DNA of 64,000 nt from Balanoglossus misakiensis (GCA_040954595.2 CM082577.2:16437903-16501902), one strand, 5' to 3'; shown: positions 41,401 through 53,839, numbered from the stretch's first letter. Made by a program: numbers and translations. The notes: generated by a model from the letters alone, not told the origin.

Positions 41401-44197
41401 AGAGGATGCGCACCATGCGACCGTCAGAACAACGATGGTTCGATTTACGAAATTCCACCAGATGTCCTTGACGGCTATCTCGACAGTTTTTACGCGGGTG
41501 TTCGGCAGAAGGACGGCTCGGAATACGAACCAGACTCGCTGACAACATACCAGCGCAGCATAGATAGGTATCTCGGTGAACACGGCTACAAATTTTCCAT
41601 CAGCCGCGACAAAGAGTTTACTATGTCGCAGGCCACATTGAAAGCGAAACGTGGCCAGCTGAAAAGCCAAGGTAAAGGCAACAAACCAAACGCGGCCGAG
41701 GAGTTAACCGAGCGGGAGGAAGAGCTCCTTTACGAGAAAGGTGTCATCGGCACAGACACCCCCGAAGCGCTGCTATTTCTTGTGTGGCTCAACAACCAAA
41801 GACACTTCGGTTTTAGGGGGTGTCAGGAAAGTAGACAGTTGTTGTGGGGGATATAGACTCTCTCACAGCCCACGGTTCGCTACAAGCTCCTCACTGATGC
41901 GCCCTCGACCGTTTGGCAAGGGAGAAGCACCGTTTGGTGTTGTGTAGCGAACCTTCCTCTCGGCGGACACACATGCAATCAGACCATAAGCCTGCATGGA
42001 CGGCGAGAGGGGTTGTGAGAGAGTCGAGGGGGGATATCGCCTTGAAACGCACGGCAGATAACGTTTAATACCGCGAGTTCAACGAGAGAGACAACAAAAC
42101 AAGATCATCGGGGAAAGTGAGCGAACAACCCAGAGCGTATCCACCGAAGACTTTCGCTATTCCGGATGACCCCTCTCGATGTCCCGTGTACGCGTACAAA
42201 CAATACGCTCTCCGTCGACCAGCAAGTCATCAGACTAACAACGCGCCTCTCTATCTGGCAGTAACCGGCAACTGCTACCTGGTTCAAGCTTCAACCGATG
42301 GGTGGAAACAGATTAGACTCGATTATGATCACCGTGTACAAAAAACGGGATAGAAGGGAAAAAAGCAACCAGAGCGTCAGACGAACAACGATTAGACGCC
42401 TACATGACGGCGAAATTCCGCCAACGAAACTCATGCAGCTCTCAGGACATAGGAACGTGCAAAGAGTCAACCACTACGTGGTTAAACTCTCTACAAGATT
42501 TACAACATATGTATGAGATTCTGTGGAGAGGTTCACGTTTAAAAAACATCAACGACATGTAGGCGTTCAAACTACGCGGGTAAATTCTGCAGACGCCAAT
42601 GCAGAATCGTAAACGGTCGTTTCTGGCGCATTCTGGAGCGCAACGGTGAACAACATCGTCTCCCCAAATGCATGCAGCATCACTCCCAACAGCGGTCCGT
42701 GGTATATTTGGTACTGCAACATATAACAACTGCACGATAAATGTTGCCGTGAATATAAGAGAATCAACATCACCTCGGTCTCCGAAACCTAAACGTCGTC
42801 GTGTCGCTGTGATATACGACACCAGTGAAGAAAGCCAGCAAAGTCAACAAAAAGTTTGAGTCGGGGATGACTGCAAAATGGTCCTTTTCAGGACCATCCA
42901 ACCAAACCACAAACGGCCCTTTTGAGGGCCACCATATTCTCCAAAAAGAAAACTACCGATTTCTGTATCGTTTTAACTCCAAATTTACACGTTTTTATAA
43001 AATCTTTAAGATTATGACAGATCAAGTAACGCCTCGGCAGACTCGGACGATTTCACTTGGAACAGTCAAGCTGAGTTAACCAGAAAAATAATGATTGACA
43101 TAGTGTCTATACGTCACGTGACATACTACGATTATCTGATTGGTAGCCTGTACACAAAATGGTATCAGCCATCAACTAATGGTATCAACCATCAACGGGT
43201 CTCAAATTATGAATGAAACTTATTTGCATATCTCCCTGGTGACCGACTCTTTACATCTTATGAGTTAGCGGCAAAGAAAGTAATCCCGCTAAATAAAATC
43301 GAGGCCGCTCGAATATTTTAGCAAGATATTGGAAACATTTTATTCTAGCTTTTCCTAATAGGAACAATAAGAAGACTGTTCATGTGATAAATATATAATC
43401 CCATGATATTTTTCTTTCTTTAATGTCATCGTTTACTCGTACAACTTCTCGCCTACGGCTCGAAATTGCACGGCTCCGCAAAAACCACTCGTATACGATG
43501 ACGTCAAACAAAGAAAAATATCATGGGTTTATATATAATTGTTATACATCTGGCACCGAGAACAACAGAATTTGGCGTGCACTAGTAAAGCCGTACGGAA
43601 CGGTACTTACGGAACGCTTGTTAAATATGCCTTAAGTTTCAAGGCGCCCCAACTCACCGTGCACAGGTTTGCACTGTTATGCGGACGGTTTCAAGACACC
43701 CCCACGCCAACGCACGTAAACAAAAAAGAAAGATGCTGCTCACTGTTTCAGCTGAATGGTTTACAATCGATTGTATCGGTATTTTTGGCGTTTTGGAAGC
43801 CAAGTATTATGGAACATAAGAACTAACCGAGATGTAAGATGTATAATTATAATAAGGTTATTACGAAAATACCGCAAAGTATGCACGAGGACATTAGCGC
43901 AGCGCATCGCCCTCCGCTAGGCGTCGGGCGATACTCGGCGCTAATGTCCTCGTGCATACTTTGCGGCATTTTCGTAATAACCTCATAATATATTATAGGG
44001 ACGTTAACCAAGTGTTTGATCTTGTTTCAATTGCAAAGAAACGCCCACTGCTGTGTCAATATGTATATTTTCTGCTTGATATCGTGCAGGTGTCACCAAA
44101 ATCCGACTTCAATTCTACCCTGTGTCTGTGTAATCACCTGACTGTTTTCAGTGCAATGGTTGGAGTTGTTGAATCTGATGGACGATTCCACGTTTAA
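32489..44197 (+). CDS. Predicted secreted 2x C-type lectin + GAIN/GPS protein lacking a TM region (polycystin-1-like/adhesion-GPCR ectodomain-like), about 644 aa. Exons 32489-32600, 32707-32968, 33432-33493, 33920-34190, 34835-34908, 36160-36230, 36431-36521, 36942-37276, 37588-37696, 38073-38197, 38646-38874, 39185-39270, 44090-44197
   Basis: 13 GT-AG exons join without stops (1935 nt). Hydrophobic leader LTLVATFVMLSMTLLQQA. CTL1: AYTFCERLGLRL..FWIDG..ECLSL..W..QC...HVLCE. CTL2: YQICEKFGMRL..AWIDA..SCIRV..W..DCNKQLNFVCE. GAIN-like GGNPH..DILSLEFRDEDGNEIKVKN. GPS: CSYLVENNWQNDDCKV..TLCLCNHLTVFS. Confidence 0.82.
35315..35749. mobile_element. TTAA-flanked piggyBac-like MITE
   Basis: TTAA-ACCCCGGTGCGG ... 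CCGCACCGGGGT-TTAA. Confidence 0.8.
41320..42520 (+). pseudogene. Crypton-type tyrosine recombinase (DUF3504/ZMYM-KCTD1-related), frameshifted
   Basis: FYAGVRQKDGSEYEPDSLTTYQRSIDRYL, LKSQGKGNKPNAAEELT, FGFRGCQE (catalytic R), ERDNKTR, RCPVYAYKQYALRRP, SNQSVRRT (HxxR position) and SGHRNVQRVNHY (H, catalytic Y). Several frameshifts and stops. Confidence 0.88.
41854..42027. mobile_element. Short hAT-like MITE interrupting the recombinase
   Basis: TIRs GACTCTCTCACAGCCC / GGGTTGTGAGAGAGTC with flanking GGGGGATA duplication; removing it restores LWGDIAL. Confidence 0.75.
43543..43990 (+). mobile_element. Non-autonomous hairpin-ended element
   Basis: Starts TATACATCTGGCACCGAGAAC and ends in a palindrome of about 130 bp (43855-43983). 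Confidence 0.8.
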
Positions 44198-45469
44198 TAA
44201 AGGAGCGTCCGTTTTGTCTACAGAGGTGACGAATCAGCTGATGGGACGAGTTCTGATATACCATTCAACATGTTTTCGCTTTTTCTTCTTCTTCTTAGAT
44301 TTATTTTAGACTTCGCGACGCAAGAGATGTTCACATAACCATTCACAAAATCGATTTTTGTTGATAATGCATTAAATGTAAATATAGTCCAATGTAATAT
44401 ATACATTTCTGAGTATATAGGATATATACATACATATACACTGATAATATTACTGTTTTGTAATAAACAGTACTGTCACTTGCAATTTTAATAACCGGTA
44501 ATTTTACTTGTCATTAATTGGTCGAGTTAAATTATTATGTAATTAAAAAAAAAAGTTGTATATGCATGTGTTTGCCTTGGATTGCTCTGGATCTAGTTGA
44601 CATTAAAGCGTACACTTACTGTGCACTGTTTGTATTGCGCCTTTCCCCCCACGAATAAATGGACAATTTATTGACGAGGCCCTCTTTAGCCATCTCCACC
44701 CGTTTTGGCCAAAAAATGCAGCAACCGCGCCAGTTGTGCATATTTTTCCTAAATTACTGTATTCAAACGTAAGAAATATGTAAAATCAACTGCCCTGAAG
44801 GTTACCTTTGACACAAAGCATTGTTACGCAACAATCAAATCTAGCAACTCCTAACACAACACATTCATATCACAAACTACACATTGTTACTCCAACTAAC
44901 ATTTCACCACCTGTGTACCTGCATATACGTCTTCCCTCTTGTGTTTTCGCCAGTTTAGTCATCTAATGAGTGATTCCAGTGAAATAACGCTGTACAGATT
45001 ACACCGCCTTCCGTTTCTCCAACTACCCTAACTTTATATTCCGCTGTACTTAAAGGCGCATAAGCTGCAACTGTTGGGATAATTATCATAAATTTTGTTT
45101 CAAACTGTACTACCATTAGTCTATGCAGATGAAGGCAGTGAACTAAACACAAGCATTATAAACCCTAAATATGAGTACATATGCAAGTTCTAACCAGATA
45201 AATAATAAAGCTTTGCCGCATGCGATTATGGCCGCCACCATGGAAAAATGCAAAAAACAACGAAAATGTGGCATTTCCGGTTATGACACTTTATAAACAA
45301 AAAAAACAAAACATGATCTCCTCAACTTGAGCTCATGGAAGTAAATGTACACCGCTGAGACATTATATTTTCCTTTTCATTGCAATATTGTCATAACTAA
45401 GTCTTAAGCTTGATATATTATCATGAAATATCATTTAATAGACATAATAAAAAGCATATATGAGATTAT

Positions 45470-45921
45470 TATACATCTAGTGCCGAGAACAATAGATTTT
45501 GGCGTGCAATAAAAAGCCGTACGTAACGGTACGTACGGAACGCGCGTTAAATAAGCTTTAAGTTTCAAGGCGCCCCAACTCACTGTGTACAGGTATGCGT
45601 TGTTATGCGGACGGTTTCAAGGCGCCCCCACTCCAACGCACGTGCGCACACGTAAACAAAAAAGAAAGATGGCTGCTCACTGAGTCAACTGAGCGGTTTT
45701 CGATCGATTGTATCGGCATTTTGGGCGTTTTGAAAGGCAAGTAACATGCAACACAAGCACTAACGGAGATGTAAGATGTATAATAATAAGGTTATTACGA
45801 AAATACCGCAAAGTATGCACTCGGACATTAGCGCAGCGCATCGCCCTCCGCTACGCGTAGGGCGATACTCAGCGCTAATGTCCTCGTGCGCATACTTTGC
45901 GGTATTTTCGTAATAACCTTA
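45470..45921 (+). mobile_element. Non-autonomous hairpin-ended element, third copy
   Basis: Homologous along its length to 43543-43990. Confidence 0.8.
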
Positions 45922-46014
45922 TATTATTTAAAACTTTACTTTTTTATCCAGTTGCAGCTCATGTGACGTTAAGTTTTGAGCACTGTGCATTGGACCTGTC
46001 AAACGACATACTTC

Positions 46015-46070
46015 GTATGTATGTATGTATGTATGTATGTATGTATGTATGTATGTATGTATGTATGTAT
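46015..46070. repeat. (GTAT)n microsatellite
   Basis: Directly visible. Confidence 0.95.
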
Positions 46071-47339
46071 ACAATTACTTTTGCTAAGATTTCTCTGTAC
46101 TATATTGCTTTTAGCGGATCTGGAGGATAAAGGCCACGGTAAATAAATACTGTGGATGCAATGCGTGTACATCTTCCAATAACCTAACGACGACGTATTT
46201 GTGCTAGATTTGGTAACTAATAGCCCCGGGTATAAGGTCCGATTTAGCTGAAATCCAGTCACGTGACCAGTTATTATATCGTCACCCCCTTATTACCTGA
46301 ACTCTTATTATTTCTAGATGTTGTGTGAGGGAGGGAAAGCCAGTGAGTGATATCGTGAAGTTTGGGAAAAGGAAATATTCTGTTGATGATTTTCATGTTA
46401 TTTCCTCGTGTTTATAATATGCTTGAGCTTGATGCAAAAACCGGATTTGGCAGAGACTTTAATGTATGCATTACCGTTGAAACTGACGTCATACAATGTT
46501 GCAAATCCTACGGTTTGAGCCAATCGATGTTCATAAATTTACCGCTTTTCAGTGGACTATTTTTAGAGCTGGCATATTCTGGAAGTTTCGAGGTCAGTGT
46601 GGTTTTGGAAACTCTGCGAGTCGCACTCATCGCACGGAGTACTGTTATGTACAAGTTAGTGGTTGTTCACCCACTTTCGCAATAAACAGTTGCTTGTTAT
46701 TACCGACTACGGGTCATTTCGGAAGTCCGATATAAAGAGCTTTGTTCAATATATTCAACCCCCACAAGTGAGTTAGTGAGTGAGTGAGTGAGTTGTTTTT
46801 GTTGTTGTATAACATAACTTTTTCTGGATGGGATTCTTTACAAAGCCTTTGAAAAAATTTGCAAACTCTACATAGTGCCCGACGATCGATTTTTTGGAAT
46901 GTGGATATTAAGGGGGAATTAACTATGCCGTGTAGGGTATATTTTGCAGATACTTTTGCATCATGTGTGCCGTAGACATATTTATCTTCGTTACATCTTC
47001 CGCAGCAGAAGTTAGTCATCATCTGAATAATGCAAAAGTGAAATGTAGATGACATGAGAGGCGATAAAATCTTACAATTGTATTTCTAGAATTGCAAATT
47101 TTTGAATAAGAAATGTCGCCATAAATAAATTAAAGCCACTCTTTCTGGATCTACCTCAGAACTCTAACCGATGGGTTAACCTCTGGGAATCCGCATTGTA
47201 GCACTATTATTGGCGTGGACAATGCACTACAGACAAGTTATTAAATATAGATCACATATACACTCAAGAGAAATGTGCCGAATGTTCATTGATTGGGTCA
47301 TACAGCATAATTGTCAAATTGTTCATATATTAGATAATC

Positions 47340-47830
47340 GCAGATTAGCCGCAAAGCATTAAACTTTGGCTTGCTTGAGAAGCTGTAAAATGTTATGAAG
47401 TTAACGCTCGTCGCTACATTCGTGATGTTGTCAGTGACGTTGCTGCAGCAAGCAGGTAAGATACTAGTTTTGGATTTTGCACGTTTAGAAAGTCTGAAGC
47501 TCCTCAGAACAGGAGCTGATAAGTCTTATAATTGTGTTATTGGTATATGAATGATTGTATAATAAGAATAACGATTTGATATCCAGATTGCAACAGCTTT
47601 TTCGGGTGGACGGATCACACCACAGAATACACGTTGTGTTAGCGATTGGGTCAGTGCAAGAAAAAACGCAGCTACAGTAAACACTTTAAAGGAACGAGGC
47701 ATCGCAAACACCTGGTTCTGGATAGATGGACAGTTAATTCACAACGGAAGCGTAGTCACAAGAGGAGGGGAAATTTTGACCTTCAAGCCGCAGGTTGGAA
47801 CGAAATGGGGAAATTGCGTCGCAATGAAGT
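47340..47830 (+). pseudogene. 5' remnant (exons 1-2) of the lectin-GAIN gene, copy C
   Basis: Aligns with 32460-32970. ATG>TTG at about 47366, TAG at 47640 and deletions. Confidence 0.85.
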
Positions 47831-48240
47831 GAGTTGAGAGTTTTGACAATACATTTAAATATGAAAAAAAAATTGTGGTCATTTTAGTATAGCTTAACTT
47901 TTACCAGTCACAAGGAATCAGGTGCAGAGGTATGCGATCTTTAGAAATATATCAGTTGGGACAGAATAAATTCAGTTGTCGTATTCTGTCCGGCATGCTG
48001 CCTGCGCGTGGTCGAAGCTCGCGATCGATCCCAGTGTATAAAGAAAGGCACTCATATAATGATTGGATTTACCTTGTTTCATAATTCCTTCACTATTCAT
48101 GGCATTTTATGTGATACTGTGAACTAGATACTCGAAATAAAAATTGCCATGAGAAATTTTGTATTTTATTTTCAGTGGCGGTTTGTTGAAATGGGCTAGG
48201 GTTTGTAACGTAATGCCTTTCAGCGCGTCACTTCGTGTAA

Positions 48241-49685
48241 GGGAGCATTCGTTTTTTACAGGGAGGGGGGGGGGCGGTGGAATTTGAGTCGCCGACTAAA
48301 TGTAAAAGGCAACCCCCCCCCCTCGAAATTACTTTTCTAAAATGTGTCCCCCCCTAAATTCTTCAATTGTAAAATGTGACCCCCCCCAAAAAAAAAGTTT
48401 ATCCACCGGATTAAACTTAGGCTGCATTCACAAACACCTCTGGAGGGGGGGGGGGCGGCGGGAGAATTCAAATTTTTTACCGCTAATTTTCACATGCCCC
48501 CCGTACACAACCCGAAATATTTCAAATCCCCCCTTCCGAACTGCCAAAATTTTGAAATCCCCCCCCCCATTTTCTTTCACAGAGCAAAACACATCACCTA
48601 TCTATCTTGTAAAAAAGAAAAACAGCGCTCCCATGAAAAGAATTTGAAACTGATGTTTCCCCTCATCAGTGGGTATTAAAACTGAACATTGTTCTTATTT
48701 TTAAGTGTTTGTATTCCGTGTCGGGAGACATTGTAAACCGAGAATTGAAGGGGGTGGGGTTGGGAGGGGGTGTCCCCCTCCCACGTAAGAAAATTTTATA
48801 AAATACAGAGCTCAAAGCTGCATTTTAATGAACCCGGCAAAAGCAAATTAACTCAACTACCGGTATGTTGGGGAGGACAAATTTAACCGTCGCCGCTCAA
48901 AGTTATCATGGGCCCCTGCCCTGGGACACTAGATAAACCAGTCAATGTTTGAAAGGTGTTGATGAATGGAGGGGGTGGGTGTGAAAATCTGAAAAATTTG
49001 AAAAATTTAGAAAATTTTGTAAAATAAAGGGCGCGAAACTGCATTTTGTGGACTCAAAATAAATATTTAGTCGTCAAAGTTTTCAAGTCCCCCCTTTCAG
49101 TCCCTAAATTATTTCAAATCCCCCCTTACATACCCTCAATTTTTTCAAACCCCCCCTCAATTCTCCCGCCCCCCCTCCAGAGGTGTTTGTGAATGCAGCC
49201 TTATCAAACTTTGTCAGATATTGGTGTATGTTCGACATACCACATAATCAACCATGAAACCTAGTCTACATAGTTCCTTGATTTCCAAGTAGTGCATTGT
49301 CTGCCTGATCTTGTTACGTGAAAGAGTTCGTTTTCAATGTCGCCGCTATCACTTTCTGAGTCACTTTCCTCTGAATCACCTAGTTCACCTATCACTACAT
49401 GTTCATCTTCTGGTTCACTGTCCTCGTCCAAGTCATCCTCTTCACCCCCCTGCTCATCCTCATCTTTGTCCCTCTCATGGTTTACTCTGAGACTTTCCAG
49501 AGTTGTTTGACACAGTTTCCGGCCAATGTGCGCTTCAACTATTTTCAGTTTGTCTGTTGTAAAAATTGTCCCCCCCCCCAAACCATTGATTATAAAATTT
49601 GTCCCCCCCTAAAAACTGCTTTGTAAAAGTAAACCCCCCCTGATTTCCAACGCCTCCCCCCTCCCTGTAAAAAACGAATGCTCCC
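48241..49685. mobile_element. PIF/Harbinger-type non-autonomous element (TAA TSD)
   Basis: TAA-GGGAGCATTCGTTTTTTACAGGGAGGGG ... CCCCTCCCTGTAAAAAACGAATGCTCCC-TAA; the empty site CGTGTAACACCTGG is seen at about 56995 and 58398. Confidence 0.88.
48420..49200. mobile_element. Nested Harbinger-type MITE (TTA TSD)
   Basis: TTA-GGCTGCATTCACAAACACCTCTGGAGGGG ... CCCCTCCAGAGGTGTTTGTGAATGCAGCC-TTA. Confidence 0.9.
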
Positions 49686-52250
49686 TAACACCTGGCTGAA
49701 TACGAAGTCTGTGCAATTCATTCGAGCAAACCAAATAAATCTTAGAATAGAAATGTTTAGAATAGCATTGCATTGCTTTGGGACACCTCGTTAGTTGCTT
49801 TACGGGTATGATTCCTTTTTAATTTTACTTCTTTCACGAAGCTGCACATAGTTCCCGTTTTTTTTAGGAAAGCAATACGAATGTCTACGAAATACGGACA
49901 ACGTGCTCCTTATCACAACATCTTCGTCAAAACTCAATTACTTTAATTAAATAAAGAATTATATAAAAATAATAATTTTAATAATAATAGGACCGATTTC
50001 CACAAAAATTTCACCATAGGGGTTTCTTGGCTCAATAAGAACAAAAATGATATCCGTTTAGTGATCACCTGTTTCTATGGCAACCATTTTGGGGCTGAAA
50101 TTATGCTTTTTGTGCTAAGAGAGGGTATCACAAGTCAATTTACATAATAATAGGTTGGATTTGAACACAAAATCACACTGGCAGTATTTTTGTTCACAAA
50201 GAAAATATTTGGGGTTTATTTTCCGAATGCACAATAATAAGTTGGTGAAATTTGACTTTTCTTTCAAGACAGAGGAACTGCGCATGTGCAGAAAAACTGG
50301 CAATGCTGCCTGCCGATTTCCACAGTGTAACTACAAAAAAATACAAGATACAATAGTATCGTTAAGGAATCCAATCAATCGATTGTTCATGCATTTCCAG
50401 ACTGTCGACCAGTTTTAAAACATAAATTCATTGGTATTGCATAAACGTTTACCGTCTATTTGTTGTTGTATGACATGGGTTATTGAAGGAAGGCAGTTAC
50501 AGGACACACTCGTAGAAGTACACTGTTTGAGTATTGACAGCGAGTCTGTGTTAAATTTGGCAGTTCAGCGTGACTTCAACACTAAATAGACAACTAGCAG
50601 AAAAGTCTGCAAACTTCTAAATTTCTGGAAATGTTTTATTTGGTATGGTTATGAAATAATTTTCGTCTATGAAGAATCAAATCTCAGCGACGCACGATAG
50701 CTTCTGATGAATGCGAAGACCTGTCAGCTGACACGCAAATACAGCCAAAACATAAAATTCAACATTGAAAACGGAACCGCGAGATGCCTCGTGTGTCTGT
50801 CCTGTCACCTCGTCTGAGAAAACAATAAAATTCCCGAGAAATAATAACACGAAATCCAAAGTATCGTGATAACATTTCTTCATTTCTCTGATTCTATTTG
50901 GCTGCCTTGTACATTGTAAACATTGCGTCCGTTTGACACCGACACAAACGTAGCATCAGAGGTCAATACTTTGATTAAAAACAATAATTTTAACACTAAC
51001 CTTCCTGTTCCACGATATCTGCGGTTTCTATGGCGCTCAAATCTCATGATATGTGCAATTCTAAAGCCAACTGGGGTATTATTCCTGTCGTTTTAGCCAC
51101 GAAAACTGGGCAGACGACACGACGCGAAACAGCTCGTTCACACTCAGTTGACATCGCGTGATTTCAGAGCGCGCGCAAACATACGAAAAATTGCTACAAT
51201 GTTGTACGTAAATAAACTCGGTCTCCAACTCGTGTTGGGTTTCGAGCGAAGTTTTGTACCTCAGATCTGTCGTACACACGCCACCAGACTCACTGGGTAA
51301 CAAGGTTTTAAATAGTGTTTAACAATACCCGAGGTCTTTTTGTGAATATTAGGTAGAAAATCTCCAACCGAAAGCGTTGAAACGTCGTCTGCAATTTTAG
51401 ATACATAGGCCACTTTGAAAAATGTTGTCTTTATGAATCTGAAGTATCACGAATGATTGTACAGGAAATCCACCCGTGCTTATTAAATTGATAGATTGTT
51501 TATATAATTCTTTAAACCCCTTAACTGGTAATTAAATAAAGAATTATATAAAAATAATAATTTTAATAATAATAGGTCCGATTTCCACAAAAATTTCACC
51601 ATAGGGGTATCTTGGCTCAAAACGAACAAAAATGATATCCGTTTAGTGATCACATGTTTCTATGGCAACCATTTTGGGGCTGAAATTATGCTTTTTGTGC
51701 TAAGAGAGGGTATCACAAGTCAATTTAAATAATAATAGGTTAGATTTGAACACAAAATCACACTGGCAGTATTTTTGGTCACAAAGAAAACATTTGGGGT
51801 TTATTTTCCGAATGCACATTTATAAGTTGGTGAAATTTGACTTTTCTTTCAAGACAGAGGAACTGCGCCTGTGCAGAACAACTGGCAGTGCAGCCTGCCG
51901 ATTTCCACAGTTTCACTACAAAAAATCACAAGATATAATAGTATCGCTGGAGAATCCAATCAATCGATTGTTCATGCATATTTCCTGACTGTCGACCAGT
52001 TTTAAAACATAAATCCATTGGTATTGCATAAACGTTTACCGTCTATTTGTTGTTGTATGGTTAGCGAAGGAAGGCAGTTACAGGACACACTCGTAGAAGT
52101 ACACACTCTTTGAGTGTTGACGGCGAGTCTGTTAAATTTGGCAGTTCAGCGTGACTTCAACACTAAAAAGACATCTAGCAGAAAAGTCTACAAACTTCTA
52201 AATTTCTGGAAATGTTTTATTTGGTATGGTTATGAAATAATTTTCGTTTA

Positions 52251-53058
52251 GGCTGCATTCACAAACACCTCTGGAGGGGGGGGCAGGAGAATTGAGGGGG
52301 GGGGGGGATTTGAAAAAATTGAGGGTATGTAAGGGGGGGGGATTTGAAATAATTTAGGGACTGAAAGGGGGGGGACTTGAAAACTTAAACGACTAAATAT
52401 TTATTTTGAGTCCACAAAAATGCAGTTTCGCGCCCTTTATTTTACAAAATTTTCTAATGTGGGAGGGGGACACCCCCTCCCACACCCACCCCCTCCATTC
52501 ATCAACACCTTTCAATCATTGACTGGTTTATCTTGTATCCCAGGTCAGGGGACTTGCCCCCACCCCGTGATAACTTTGAGCGGCGACGGTTAAATTTGTC
52601 CTCCCTAACATACCGGTAGTTGAGTTAATTTGCTTTTGCCGGGTTCATTAAAATGCAGCTTTGAGCTCTGTATTTTAGAAAATTTTCTTACATGGGAGGG
52701 GGACACCCCCTCCCAAACCCACCCCCTTCAATTCTCGGTTTACAATGTCTCCCAACACAGAATACAAATATATGTACTTACAAAATAAAAACAATGTTCA
52801 GTTTTAATACCCACTGATGAGGGGAAACATCAGTTTCAAATTCTTTTCATGGGAGCGCTGTTTTTCTTTTTACAAGATAGATAGGTGATGTGTTTTGCTC
52901 AGTGAAAGAAAATGGGGGGGGGGGATTTCAAAATTTTGGCAGTTCGGAAGGGGGGGATTTGAAAATATTGGCAGTTCGGAAGGGGGGCATGTGAAAATTA
53001 GCGGTAAAAAATTTGAATTCTCCCGCCCCCCCCTCCAGAGGTGTTTGTGAATGCAGCC
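52251..53058. mobile_element. Harbinger-type MITE, inverted copy of 48420-49200
   Basis: Same TIRs and TTA TSD; the site is empty in the first tandem unit at about 50668. Confidence 0.9.
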
Positions 53059-53839
53059 TTATGAAGAATCAAATCTCAGCGACGCACGATAGCTTCTGAT
53101 GAATGCGAAGACCCGTCAGCTGACAAGCAAATGCAGTCAAAACATAAAATTCAACATTGAAAACGGAACCGCGAGATGCCTCGTGTTTCTGTCCTGTCAC
53201 CTCGTCTGAGAAAACAATAAAATTCTCGAGCGATAATAACACGAAATCCAAAGTATCGTGATAACATTTCTTCATTTCTCCGATTCTATTTGGCTGCCAT
53301 GTAAACATTGCGTCCGTTTGACACTGACACAAACGTAGCATAACTCAGAGGTCAATATTTCGAATAAAAACAATGATTTAAACACTAACCTTCCTGTTCC
53401 ACGATATTTGCGGTTACTATGGCGCTCAAATCTTACGATATGTGCAATTCTAAAGCCAACTGGAGTATTATTCCTGTCGTTTTAGCCACGAAAACTGGAC
53501 AGACGACACGACGCGAAACAGCTCGTTCACACTCAGTTCACATCGCGTGATTTCAGAGCGCGCGCGTACACGCGAAAAATTGCTACAATGTTGTACGTAA
53601 ATAAACTTGCGTTGGGTTTCGAGTGAAGTTTTTTACCTCAGATCTGTCGTACACACGCCACCAGACTCACCGGGTAACAAGGTTTTAAATAGTGTTTAAC
53701 AATACCCATCGTCTTTTTGTGAATATGTAGAAAACCCCAACCGAAAACGTTGAAACGTCGTCTGCAATTTTAGATACATAGGCCACTTTGAAAAATGTTG
53801 TCTTAAGCGCTAAATTTAGACTTGCTCCAAGTGTATGGG

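Larger units (their letters stand above)
39490..43537 (+). mobile_element. Crypton-like tyrosine-recombinase DNA transposon with about 280-bp inverted termini, in the last intron of the lectin-GAIN gene
   Basis: 39490-39770 and 43270-43537 are reverse complements. The element encloses a decayed YR ORF and is absent from the paralogous intron 22888-23226. Confidence 0.85.

Noticed and set aside
41320-42520. Phage integrase or a domesticated ZMYM/KCTD1-type host gene
   Set aside because: Motifs fit Crypton-type YR, the frame is broken, and it lies in an insertion absent from the paralogous intron
44150-44197. Transmembrane helix after the GPS
   Set aside because: The hydrophobic run TVFSAMVGVV is only about 10 aa and is followed by ESDGR and a stop; too short for a TM helix, and it fits the last GAIN strand
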